A stretch of DNA of 46,079 bases from Parasitella parasitica NRRL 2501. Its lineage: Eukaryota; Fungi; Mucoromycota. Positions within the stretch are counted from its first letter, which is position 1. Each line of letters starts with the position of its first letter. The stretch covers positions 125,893 through 171,971 of the forward strand of contig MU619302.1 of the NCBI GenBank assembly GCA_025201805.1, in the 5' to 3' direction. This document shows positions 24,736 through 36,202 of the stretch, piece by piece. The translations under genes were made by a program, and so were the position numbers. The notes under the pieces were generated by a model. The model saw only the letters and a program-made list of their open reading frames with translations, made no database searches and was not told the origin of the DNA.

Positions 24736-26232
24736 TCTTTATTATCAATAAAATAAAACAAACTGATATTAGATTTTGGTCTTTCTTCATATCTTATAGT
24801 CCAACTTATTTTGATCACATCATATTTGAATTCATAGAATTTTGTCACGTCTGATGCTCAGTTGAAAGAAATCACTCGATAAAGCTTCACTCCAGCTGAC
24901 TGAATTTTTATTTGACGGGCATATCGCTCCAAAAGCTGTATCCTTGCGATATTTAATACTTGACCCAAGACCCATGATAAACGTCAGTCGTCCTCGATGT
25001 AGGTGCAGTTGACAGCTTTCATTTGTGCTGAGAAAACTGATGTCTCAAGAAGCTTTCATCATAGTTGTAAATAAGAATGTCTTTCTAAGACTTCGCAATG
25101 ATTAGGTCGAAACGACTCGGTTAACTGGCAATTCGAGGTGCAAAAAACAATCTAAATCATCGAAATCAAACCACACTAATGCCCATTAGTACAAGTAACC
25201 AGAGGAACATCCTCCCGTCTCTGTTTATAAATAAAAACGGTATACCATGTAAATTGAGATATAAGATATGATTATTAAAAAGAACATTTATTTGTAACGC
25301 ATGAATAAGATAAAACTATTTTTTTAATCAAGGCTTTAAAGGGAAGAGCCACCTTACTAGATTTGATTTCTCTTTTCATGTGAAGTTTATAAGGTTTGTA
25401 ATGTACGTTGAAAAATAATATAAACAATAGTACGAAATAGGGCGGCGTGCTTTGTTGTTATTATGTTCCTTCTAGCAGCGATATGCTTGATAACAGTATG
25501 TGGCTCAATGCTATGTGTATACGGTATCCTATTATTACATGTATATAATATCAGTTCTAGATCATTGAAAAGATTATTTACCCCTTGACACCTGTAGATT
25601 CTTTGTCTTTTTCCTCTCATTGATTTGAAACATATCAAGAAAATGAGGGATAATATTATTTCCAGGGACCTGAAAAGCGTGAAACAAATTTGGAGTTTTC
25701 TGTTTAACTATATACAAAAGACAACTGCAAACACACTGTGGGATATTAAACATATAATACATGTGAGTTATCGAATGCAACGGATTATTAAGTGAATTTG
25801 TGCGTGAGTGTGTTTTCGCTAGTAACTGTAAATGATTTCGTGCATTCATACTTGTACTGATTTGGGCACTGGATTGTGCACGAGCCTCGCAGATACATGT
25901 GCACAGAGTCAAGCAAAAGCCTGGATCGAATGGACATATATACCGTATATCAAACTCGTTGGCTGATTATTATTTTATTTCATTTTTTTGTTTTGCGAAT
26001 AATGCACAATCACTTCTTGTCCCATCGAAATAGCTCAACAATGACAAGTATTATAGAATCGAAATGAAATTGTACAACTTGCATCGTCTGATCAGAAAGG
26101 ACAACTAGAGTGTATGACACAGGCATCTATTTTTTTTCTCTCTCTCTTTCAGCTTCGTCATTTTCAAATCAACAATTATCTCCAAGCTAATCTATAATTT
26201 CTAAGTAATGCGAAGAAACCTATTTGTAATTC

Positions 26233-26265
26233 AGCTATCAACAAGCTATCAACAAGCTATCAACA
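26233..26265. repeat. 3 x 11-bp tandem repeat AGCTATCAACA (each unit has a GATA core, TGATAG, on the minus strand)
   Basis: Directly visible perfect tandem ~260 bp upstream of the ATG at 26523. Confidence 0.8.
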
Positions 26266-26522
26266 TAATCGTTCCCAAGTCTCGATGAGAGAAGAAACAA
26301 ACAATTCTTTTCCCATTTTAGTTATTAACTGCGGATGCGATACATGCAATCAATTGTTACACGATGCTAAGAGATGATTTTTGGAAATATAGGAGCAGTT
26401 TATAAATAAACCTGCTTGCTTTTTGTATTTCATTCTTTCTTTCACTTTCTTTTTTCTACATTATTGTTATTGTTATTATTACCAAATTATCATTATTATC
26501 ATTAATACAGAAATAAAAAAAA

Positions 26523-27880
26523 ATGACACTCACAATTGATGATGTTGTAACGCATTATGTTCTTTCAAGCCATCCTCGCAATGGTGCCATTATCGATGTA
26601 AAGGATAAAAAATCAGGAGAACTCCGTTTTATTAAAATCAGGCACAGGCTGTCCAAATTCTATGCTGTCAGTCTAGTCGACCCAGCTACATTTGAAGTGT
26701 GGGCAGAAACTCAAGTTAAAAGTGCAACGGCTAGAATCAAACCCATCATTCTTCATTTGGATAATAAAAAGGATACTTCTGTTGAATTGCGGGATACATC
26801 CCGCATTGGTTTTGAATGGTCTTTTACTTGGGAAGGAGAGAAATACAGATGGTAAATTGGTTTTTGTTTATTCAATATCCCATATTCTAAATATTTATAC
26901 CTTTCAATGCAGGGTACGTGAAAGTAGAATGAGTAATTCATTAGAATGTAGAGCTATTCGAAAGACTGGTAAGTGCTGTATTGGACATCTCGATTTTCTG
27001 GCATTCTAAAAACGAAAATTTTTTACACCTAGGTGATATTTGTGTCGCACAGTACTTGCCTCGTATATTGAAGGATGAATACTTTGGCATCTTTTCAGTG
27101 TTGGGGTATAACATGCTTCGCTGCAATCTAACCAAGTCTCGTGAGTTGGAACTGATCATGTTGATGTCTTTAATGACATTGCTTGATAAAGCAAATGATG
27201 GAAGCTGGAAGAGAGACCCAATTAGCAAAGGTGTTCAAGACGATTTGGCCAACGGAAGTAATAGTAATAGTAGTAGCAGCTTTGTATCACCCTCTACGAC
27301 TGCAACTACCAATGATTGCTATGAAGATCCAATTCCTAAAAAGTCTCAGCAAAGGAAGCACAAGGTTGAACTACTAAACGATCAAAAACTACAATGGATG
27401 CTAGAAAAGGATGTGCGCCGATCTCAAAAGCAGATACAGCTTGACCAAAAGCACCAAAAATCATCACTTAGTGCTGGGAATAGCCCTGCTCATACACCAA
27501 AAACTTCGCCCTTACCAACACCATCTACATCAACCAATGTGATAAACACTATCCTATCTCCTCGTCTGGCTCGTCAAAAATCTGCTGCAAACCTTACCAC
27601 TCCATTCAATGTCGCTGATTCTCCTACATCGCCTACATCTTCTAATGAAAGCAGCACAAACAGTGGTGGTGGTCGACTCTCTCGATTGTTCAGCACGCTC
27701 TCACAAGCGAAACAAACAAACGACATGGTTATTATCACCCCTGATGATTCACCTGCTGACGATTTCAACCATTTCTATCATCACCCCAACGATTCTCAAA
27801 CCAAAAAACAGCAGAAGCAGCAGAAGCAAAATCAGCAGCAGCAAAATCAGCAGAAGTTGCAGCGGCAAAGACAACGTCAA

Positions 27881-27946
<66 letters not shown>

Positions 27947-28444
27947 TTACAACAGCAGCAACAGTTACAGCAACTGCAACAACGACTGCTACTGCAACAA
28001 CAGCAGCAGCAGCAGCAAGCTCAAATAGATCAAGAGTATTACGAACAACATCATTTTAGCCTGCCCGCTGGTCAACTCTCCCGATTTGCTAACGAATTTG
28101 GGAATCTATCATTAAGCTCCAACACCTATGATAATCCGCCAAGTCTGCGAAATATTCGCTGGAATGCAGAACCTGTTGAAGTAGCACCTACAACAAACAC
28201 TTACATGTCCCCAAGAGTACCTCAGCAGCAACTGCAGCAGCCGCAATCCTATGCTCACCGCAGCAATAGCAATGGCAGAAGGCCGCATATGCTGAGGGAT
28301 CAGCAGCGAAGATTATCTGCTACAGAGTATCCCATGTACTACAATCCTAACCAACCACAGTATAATTACAATCGATATGCTTCTACTTCAGATTATTATG
28401 CACATCCATGTCATCAGCAACCAGCTTATGATTATTATCAATAA
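26523..28444 (+). CDS. Uncharacterised protein: globular beta-rich N-domain, then Ser/Pro-rich, polyQ and Q/N/Y-rich tail (3 exons)
   Basis: GT-AG introns at ~26852-26912 and ~26969-27032 join EKYRW|VRESRMSNSLECRAIRKT|GDICVAQYLPR; long open last exon; TATA-like tataaata at ~26401. Confidence 0.8.
27808..28020 (+). repeat. CAG/CAA (CAACAG)n polyglutamine-coding repeat
   Basis: Directly visible within the 26523-28444 CDS. Confidence 0.9.
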
Positions 28445-28869
28445 ACGCGCTCACTGCCACTGTGCTTTACATAGTTTGTTTTCTTATTTCTTTTTTTTTT
28501 TTTTGAGGGGGGGGGGGGAATTAAATCCGAGTTTTACTGTATTCAGGACATGTAGCGTGTGTACTTGACATCATAACAAGCATCGTAGCCTTCTCACGCT
28601 CAATCACAATTGCTAGTTGAGCAACATTTAAAAACAAACAAAAAAAAAAGTTTACTTTCGAAGATTCGGGTGTAAGAGGGTATCATATATCCATTAAGCA
28701 AAGTACGGGCAAAAACTATAATAAAGCCTCAGCTTTCATTTCCCTCCCCCCAAAAAAAAGTAACGTTTTCAACAATTACGCTGGATAATATAAACCAAAA
28801 GTATCGCGTTTGATAGTGGAACAAAACGTGCAGGAAACTATTCTTTTCGGAGGACTCATCAATATGCAG

Positions 28870-30390
28870 GTACTAAACTCTACAGACTCAGTATTATCGA
28901 ATGTGTGAAAGGCATAGTTTTCCCAGTACTCAAAAGCAGAAGGATTGGTCATGAGCCATATTCAAGTTGGTAACAGCATACAGCAAAAGCAAAGAGCCAA
29001 GAACATCCACAAACCCGTAAATGCAAGCAACAACATATATTTTGGCCATTGGGTCAACAGAGAAAAAACTCGTTTCCAAAGTAATCTCTCCAAACCACAG
29101 TGAGCGTACTTGAATAAGTAATCCCATACTCCAACGATGTACGCTGTAGACATTTCTCTGTAAACACCAAATCATCTTTAGTCAAATTCATCATCGAAGC
29201 TAATAATGAGAGTCTAAATAGCGTCAGCATTCTATTGATCCTCAGTAAATGTTCCCTCCGCATTCTAATCTCAACATAATTAATCAAATAGTGATATCCT
29301 TATGTACACCTAAACAAGTTGTTGGCGCTGGCGTAGGCCTTTTCTGGTGTAATCATTTGGTTCCAAAGTTTACCAGCAGATCACTTACTGGCTGCTACAA
29401 TGCTAGTAACGCTGGCTGCAACTGCATTGTCGCCATAAGTCGATAATGTATATATACCTGACAATGACATTTGAGGTGCTGCCATCGTTCAACCCGACAC
29501 CGATGTTATTGGTCCATTGTTTTCATTGTTTAAGGACGTAGAGAATTTGCTACCAATATTATCATTGATAGTTGATGTGGTAGTGGTAGCTGTAGCAACG
29601 GCGGCGGCGGCGGCGGCGGCGGCAGCAGCAGCAGTAGCAGTAGTAGTAGTGGTGGTGGTTGTTTTTATATCCCTGCTGAATGGAGAGGAGGAAGTTAGCA
29701 AAAAAAAACAAGATGTTATGCCCAAATATTATTCAGTGTATTTTCTAAAGTTGTTGCCAATGACAAACCCAACATATTTGATGAAATCGAATATTTCATA
29801 TCGCAATATTTATCCAAACCCGTTGTTATTGTAAACCATACTGCTGCTTCTATAGATTGTATTGTCATCTACTAGGCTTGATTATAAAGCGAGACATATT
29901 ATAACTTGTGAGTACATCAAGCCCATTGAATACCTGTATCCAAGAAATCAGGTGTTTGAAATGATGCTGTTGTTTCGGATCCAAACGGCGAGCTGGTCGT
30001 ATTAGGTGATTGTATGGATGATTGAGAACTACTACTCGCTGCAGCAACTATTAGGCAAATATTGAATAATCTGCATACATACACTTCTCATTTTGACCTA
30101 CTTTTAATGTTTTGCTTTTTTTTTCGTGCGTCATTTGTGCAAGTTGTAGCCTGATGCAGCGTTGGCAGGGTCGTAATAAAAAAAAAGCAAGGTATGAGCT
30201 TAGTTGCGTGTATTATCGCTATTTACATAAAAAATACGTTACAATCATCACAGGCTGAATGCGCATTTCGAAAGTAAAGCTAGTTGATACAGTCGATTGA
30301 GATTATAGAAAATCACTTTTTGGCAATGAATTCGAGCTCTAGCCGCCTTCTTTTTCGTTTGACAAGCAGGCTTAGTTTGTTCATTATTTG
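28870..30390 (-). pseudogene. ERT1/AcuK-type Zn2Cys6 gluconeogenesis transcription factor pseudogene
   Basis: Broken zinc cluster KKAARA(R)IHCQK|AHSACDD|RPCQRCI...TCTNDARKK at 30110-30356, with the first Cys changed to Arg, splice acceptors lost and frameshifts. The C-terminal family block GYHYLINYV...LASMMNLTKDDLVFTEKCLQRTSLEY...TVVWR...FSLLTQWP is spread over three frames. Confidence 0.8.
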
Positions 30391-31086
30391 TTGTAAATAT
30401 TTTGTATTGACTTAAAAAGAACAGAGGTTTTCAATGTAGTACTCACCACAAGCATGGTTCTCTTGAATAAGATACAGGAAGAAAAATTTGCTTGTTTCTT
30501 GTAACTTTTGTTCTTTTCCTTCATTAGATGCGCTAATATTTTTATTGCGCACATCGTTTGGGTTTCGTTTCGTCATGGTGAGCATCACAACAACTTGGCT
30601 CGTCACCTTGTCGGTGAAAATAGTAGTCCATGAAAAAAGGGGTGTTACCTCTCACAATTTGGAAAGAGAAGGCACTAGGATTAGCTTTAGACATACAAGT
30701 CGTTGACAAGAATGATCAACGATTAATAAATGAAAAAAATAACACACGAAAGGCCAATTGCTTGTTGGACTTTTTATGTTGAGACTCGCGCCCCATACTC
30801 ACTCGGCAGGTTTAATCGCATAAATGCAAGAGGAACAAGCTCTTATTAGTGTATGTCTCTTTTTTTTTATTATTTATTTAAATAGATAGATAGTATAGTG
30901 AGTACAGACTTTTTTATTATCAAAAATAGTGTCAGTATAAGTGGGAAAAGATATGAGAATGAAAAATGGTGTAAGGGAATAGAAAGATTAAAGTATATGC
31001 TTAATAGTTATGGCACTATTAGTTTAAAATAAACTAAGGAATAATATTAAATAAATAAACAGATGTTGACAATCATGTTTATATTT

Positions 31087-32766
31087 TTAATGGTCGGCAA
31101 CGCGGACATCGGCATCGTTAGCAATATTCTTGACTTCGGCGTCGTTAGCAACATTGTGGACAGTGTTCTTGGCCTTGACAGAAACACCGCTGACATCAAC
31201 AGTGCCACGACGTTGATGGCTGGCAACACCAACTTTNNNNNNNNNNNNNNNNNNNNNNNNNNNNNNNNNNNNNNNNNNNNNNNNNNNNNNNNNNNNNNNN
31301 NNNNNNNNNNNNNNNNNNNNNNNNNNNNNNNNNNNNNNNNNNNNNNNNNNNNNNNNNNNNNNNNNNNNNNNNNNNNNNNNNNNNNNNNNNNNNNNNNNNN
31401 NNNNNNNNNNNNNNNNNNNNNNNNNNNNNNNNNNNNNNNNNNNNNNNNNNNNNNNNNNNNNNNNNNNNNNNNNNNNNNNNNNNNNNNNNNNNNNNNNNNN
31501 NNNNNNNNNNNNNNNNNNNNNNNNNNNNNNNNNNNNNNNNNNNNNNNNNNNNNNNNNNNNNNNNNNNNNNNNNNNNNNNNNNNNNNNNNNNNNNNNNNNN
31601 NNNNNNNNNNNNNNNNNNNNNNNNNNNNNNNNNNNNNNNNNNNNNNNNNNNNNNNNNNNNNNNNNNNNNNNNNNNNNNNNNNNNNNNNNNNNNNNNNNNN
31701 NNNNNNNNNNNNNNNNNNNNNNNNNNNNNNNNNNNNNNNNNNNNNNNNNNNNNNNNNNNNNNNNNNNNNNNNNNNNNNNNNNNNNNNNNNNNNNNNNNNN
31801 NNNNNNNNNNNNNNNNNNNNNNNNNNNNNNNNNNNNNNNNNNNNNNNNNNNNNNNNNNNNNNNNNNNNNNNNNNNNNNNNNNNNNNNNNNNNNNNNNNNN
31901 NNNNNNACTACTGCAAGACCACGGCGGGCAACACGGACATTGGGATCATTAGCAATATTCTTGACTTCGGCATCGTTAGCAACATTGCTGACGGTATTCT
32001 TGGTGGTAACCTTAACGTTGCTGGCGTTAACAAGAGAACGCTTTTTGTTTTTACAGGGGCAATCTTCGTTGTCACCACCTTCGTTGTCGCCACCTTCGTT
32101 GTCACCGCCTTCGTTGTCACCACCTTCGTTATCGCCACCTTCGTTGTCACCACCTTCGTTATCGCCACCTTCGTTATCGCCACCTTCTTCACAGTCTTCA
32201 CCACCTTCGTTATCGCCACCTTCGTTATCGCCACCTTCATTGTCACCACCTTCATTGTCACCACCTTCATTGTCACCACCTTCATTGTCACCACCTTCAT
32301 TGTCACCACCTTCATTGTCACCACCTTCATTGTCACCACCTTCATTGTCACCACCTTCATTGTCACCACCTTCATTGTCACCACCTTCATTGTCACCACC
32401 TTCATTGTCACCACCTTCATTGTCACCACCTTCTTCACAGTCTTCACCATCATCATTGCCGCCACCATTATGGTCACCACCATTATGATCACCGCCATGT
32501 GCGTCACACCATGCTCTTTCTGCGTCAGAGAGGATGTTGATTTGCAGGCAATTGAGGACATCCTTGACTTGCAAATTATTAAGGAGGTTGGAAGCAGTGT
32601 TATCAGCATCGACGTTGGTGTCAGTGACTTTAGCAACAGAGCGACGTTGAACAGCGTTAAGGGCACCTTCGACGGCGTTCAAAGAGTTCTCAGCGTACAA
32701 AGAACGAGCAGAGACGGAAGCAACAATGGTTGCAACAAGACCAAGAGGAATAAATTTCATATGCAT
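31087..32766 (-). CDS. Secreted Kex2-processed repeat precursor A: signal peptide, (EGGDN)n spacer, tandem ~37-aa Val/Asn modules; partly in an N-gap
   Basis: Signal peptide [18 protein letters not shown]; dibasic sites QRR, KKR, ARR, QRR each precede a module; near-identical modules lie on both sides of the 31237-31906 gap; TATA-like element at ~32950. Confidence 0.85.
   Translation of the reverse strand: MHMKFIPLGLVATIVASVSARSLYAENSLNAVEGALNAVQRRSVAKVTDTNVDADNTASNLLNNLQVKDVLNCLQINILSDAERAWCDAHGGDHNGGDHNGGGNDDGEDCEEGGDNEGGDNEGGDNEGGDNEGGDNEGGDNEGGDNEGGDNEGGDNEGGDNEGGDNEGGDNEGGDNEGGDNEGGDNEGGEDCEEGGDNEGGDNEGGDNEGGDNEGGDNEGGDNEGGDNEGGDNEDCPCKNKKRSLVNASNVKVTTKNTVSNVANDAEVKNIANDPNVRVARRGLAVXXXXXXXXXXXXXXXXXXXXXXXXXXXXXXXXXXXXXXXXXXXXXXXXXXXXXXXXXXXXXXXXXXXXXXXXXXXXXXXXXXXXXXXXXXXXXXXXXXXXXXXXXXXXXXXXXXXXXXXXXXXXXXXXXXXXXXXXXXXXXXXXXXXXXXXXXXXXXXXXXXXXXXXXXXXXXXXXXXXXXXXXXXXXXXXXXXXXXXXXXXXXXXXXXXXXXXXXXXXXXXXXKVGVASHQRRGTVDVSGVSVKAKNTVHNVANDAEVKNIANDADVRVADH
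31237..31906. other. Assembly gap inside the repeat precursor A gene (other gaps: 1847-2056, 4049-4208, 12072-12081, 18521-18530, 36929-36938)
   Basis: Runs of N; most abut homopolymers, but this one is flanked by tandem coding repeats. Confidence 0.99.
32066..32430 (-). repeat. 15-bp tandem repeat encoding (EGGDN)n, about 15 + 8 units split by GEDCEE
   Basis: Directly visible (ttcattgtcaccacc)n on the plus strand. Confidence 0.95.
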
Positions 32767-35287
32767 TTTGTACTTTTTTTTGATGTTGTCTAGTTGATGG
32801 GAAAAAAAAGGATTTCTGTATGAGTATTAGTAACCACAACTTATGATATTCAGATAGATGTACAAACCTCTATGGTTTATTAGATGTAAAGAAGATGATT
32901 ATTAAATGTAGAATTAAAACGAAAAGGAATTGACAATTGAAAGGGCTACTTTTATACTAAAATTCCATAGTTGGTTTCTCTGATCTTAACCTAGCTGTGG
33001 GTCGGGCTCACTCTATCTTGCTTTCTTTATTCTCTTCTCTATGCAGTGTTTCCCTTAAAACAACTCCTAGTGCTATATGGTGCATAAAAACTCCTTAGTA
33101 TAGCTAATTCTTATTTCCCAAATGGTTTCTGATTCCGCAAATCATAAGCTAGAGTTTGAAAGGGGGCATATAAGCACATGGTAATTTAAAAAGCTTGCAT
33201 CTTGTACTCTCTATAGCCGAAATGGAAATAAATAAACAAAAATCTACGTACATCAGACCGCAGTGATTTGCTAAATGATCATGCATCATGTAGTATAAAC
33301 CAGAATGAGTGCGGTCCTAAAGATAGATGTAGAGCTCATGCATCGGAAGGAATGGTTGGAAAAAAGTGACAGATACTGTGTGTAACAAATATAGCTGTAT
33401 GCAACAGGCGATCTACTTTCTTTGTTGTATGATAGACACACAAGGTAGTGCTCCCCAGCAGGCCTTACTTGTAGTTCACTGGTACGAGATACAACAAGAA
33501 ACTGTATCTTGCCACATCCAAATTCAAAGACTAGTAACAAGACCAAAAAAAAAAAAAGGCAGCTTCAGGAGTAGTATGTAAGAGTTGTTTGTTTACACAA
33601 ACACCCACAGGTCATGACAACAGTTCGTGAAGATCAATGTACGATTTTTCTATCTGCACAAAACTAAAAAGAAAAAAAAAAAAGGCAACGTTCTTTTTGT
33701 ATCTGTAGTGTATGTTTGATCATGGAAAATACCTAAAATCAAGAAAATGTCATGTATCTGGGTAACCATCGCTTGGATATTATGTGCCGTGCGCATGCGC
33801 TAACCAAGGACAATGAATATGAAAAACATAGTAGCACTTGACAGTATCATATAGCTGTCTACCAGATTAAATACACATATTATATGTCATCGTTGATACT
33901 CTGTAACATTAACGTGAATCCCTATTCTACATGGCTGTAATCCCTGCGTACAGGACATATAGATTGGCGAGGCACGTCTCCCTCTCTTCTTTGTGCATCT
34001 TGGGACGGATGATGATGGCTATCCTACTCAGCCAACGCTGTTTTTTTTTTTATTTCTTTGTCTGTCTGATGCATTAACAATTATAAAAAATAAAAGAAGA
34101 TCGAAATTGGCAATTTTCCATATATATCAAATGCAATTTACGCATGCACAGGGGAAAGGGGAAGTCTTGGGCTTTATAATATTATTTATAAATTGTACAC
34201 AATCGAAATAACAAGGTTCCATAAGATGAAATATCGACCAGCTTGGCCAATTGTGAAATATTTGACAACAATTGCTATGGTTTATTTGGTTTCATTAGAC
34301 AGCTGCGCAGTAAAAACGAATTCATCTATTCTTTTGTTGAATAAAAAGAAGAGACAGACAGCACCATCATGTACTCTTTCTCGTCTCCTTTCCCTCCTCT
34401 TTCTGTCTCCTTTTCTTAACACACCGAGTTTTGTTATTTTAGACTGTACATAGTAATATTCGCTTTTATCCTGTTTGATTTTCCCCTCTTTTTGTTTGTC
34501 AAACCAAGACGATGTTGTGAAACAAAATTGAAATAAAGAAAGTTGAAATTTTATCAAAATGTCATATGTGTTTGTTTATATTTCTATGAATATTCTTTGT
34601 TTAAAGCGCACATATACATGTATACTGGGAAGGTCAAGGGATATTCCAGGGAAGATCGTATCAGCTAAACGGCGGCACATCTGTACAACACTGTACGTGC
34701 ATGTAGTAGCATACATCACTTTCTTTGTTGGGACATTCCATTTCCGTCGTTTTTCCACTATCAGCTGAATCAACAACACTGTGAAAGGAGATATTATATA
34801 TAATGCAAAGAAACAATAATAAAGATACTATCGTGTAGTTGTATACGATGGCTGTCATTTTACTTTTTTGAATGTCGATCTTGGTCATGTGAATTCTTCT
34901 ATTTGTTAAGGCACACCTACTATTAGTGTTATACGCTTAGCATGTGGTGGTCATGAAATGCGCTTTTGTAGCTTTACAGTCTCATATTCCAAGATTGCCA
35001 ATGTTTGTATATCGTCTATTATAAAATAAAATAATTTTACTACAAAAATCAAGTTGCAAAAGTATGCACATATTGTGAGATTCAAAACAAGGAAGATCCC
35101 GCTGATAGACGTAAGCATCGAATAACATGTACTATACTGTATTCGTATACTCTATATATGTCATAATAAGTTTATTATTACAATAATAAAAATCTTTATT
35201 GATTAAAATGTGTATTTGAAATGATTAAAGTCGATAGAAAATGAATATAGTTATTGTTTAGTGATAAATGCAATAAGAGAAAATAGT

Positions 35288-36202
35288 TTAGATGAGGGCA
35301 TCAGTAAGTCCACCACGGTTGGATCCCTCTCCATCAGCATCACCAAGTACAAGGTCTCCAAGTGGAACACCCTGTAGGATACCTGAGCGCTTCATCATGT
35401 CACTTTTTGTCATTTGCTCATCAGCTTCTTCTTCATCCTCATCTTCATCTTCTTCGTATTCACGACGAGTAAGCTCTTCTTCATCGTCCTCATCCTCATC
35501 TTCATCTTCTTCATATTCACGACGAGTAAGCTCTTCTTCATCGTCCTCATCCTCATCTTCATCTTCTTCATATTCACGACGAGTAAGCTCCTCTTCATCG
35601 TCTTCATCCTCATCTTCATCTTCTTCGTATTCACGACGAGTAAGCTCCTCTTCGTCATCCTCATCTTCGTCCTCATCTTCCTCATATTCACGACGAGTGA
35701 GCTCCTCCTCCTCATCTTCTTCATTTTCTTCCTCATCTTCTTTGTTTGCAAGCTCCTCTGCAGCAGTACGACGCATCACCTTGCTGGCACTACTTTCATT
35801 GACTTCGTTTTCGTCGGCCTCTTCCTCATCAGCTTCATTTTCATTTTCATCAGCTTCATTTTCATTTTCATCAGCTTCCTCTTCATCAGCTTCATTCTCG
35901 TCCTCATCAGCTTCATTCTCGTCCTCTTCTTCTTCGTCAGGCTCATTCTCACTACGGCGAGCGTAATACATACTAGAACGACGGCGAATAGCATCAGCGA
36001 CCTTTCTACGAGACAGGACGCTACGCTTGGATGCAACAGTTGCATGAAGGTTATTGAGAACATTATGAACCTGAGCGTTATTGCCAATATTAGAGGCAGT
36101 ATCCTGAGCATCCACTTGAACATTGGTAGCTCTGACAGTGTCAGCAACAACAGATGCTACAGCAGCAGCAAGTAAACCGAGAGAAAGGAATTTGATTTGC
36201 AT
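35288..36202 (-). CDS. Secreted Kex2-processed repeat precursor B: one Val/Asn module plus tandem hyper-acidic peptides (304 aa, intronless)
   Basis: Signal peptide MQIKFLSLGLLAAAVASVVA; at least 10 KR/RR sites; four identical EYEEDEDEDEDDEEELT-RR units; TATATAAA ~70 bp upstream. Confidence 0.9.
   Translation of the reverse strand: MQIKFLSLGLLAAAVASVVADTVRATNVQVDAQDTASNIGNNAQVHNVLNNLHATVASKRSVLSRRKVADAIRRRSSMYYARRSENEPDEEEEDENEADEDENEADEEEADENENEADENENEADEEEADENEVNESSASKVMRRTAAEELANKEDEEENEEDEEEELTRREYEEDEDEDEDDEEELTRREYEEDEDEDEDDEEELTRREYEEDEDEDEDDEEELTRREYEEDEDEDEDDEEELTRREYEEDEDEDEEEADEQMTKSDMMKRSGILQGVPLGDLVLGDADGEGSNRGGLTDALI
35441..35705 (-). repeat. 57-bp tandem repeat (19-aa unit EYEEDEDEDEDDEEELTRR)
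   Basis: ttcacgacgagt recurs every 57 bp; differences among the four full units are synonymous. Confidence 0.95.

Noticed and set aside
24780-25230. Possible Tc1/mariner transposase remnant on the minus strand next to the Fanzor relic
   Set aside because: Only vague similarity (KLYR, RRDKIL); no DDE motif recovered.
29489-29834. Poly-Ala/Val/Thr ORFs
   Set aside because: Trinucleotide microsatellite inside the ERT1-like pseudogene.
31063-32793. Long alternative-frame ORFs (576 aa FIVTT, 182 aa SPPSL, 252 aa KVVTM repeats)
   Set aside because: Shadows of the stop-free 15-bp repeat and the N-gap; only the minus frame with signal peptide and Kex2 sites is coherent.
32066-35705. Regular tandem repeats as a CRISPR-like array
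   Set aside because: No unique spacers; unit lengths are multiples of 3 and protein-coding; eukaryotic context with no cas genes.
35292-36175. Poly-Ser, Phe/Ile-rich and Met/Lys-rich ORFs overlapping precursor B
   Set aside because: Antisense or off-frame readings of GAA/GAT repeats.
31087-36202. Dikaritin/ustiloxin-type RiPP cluster
   Set aside because: No DUF3328/UstYa oxidase, tyrosinase or transporter in the window, and the cores are long and unlike known cyclic-peptide cores.
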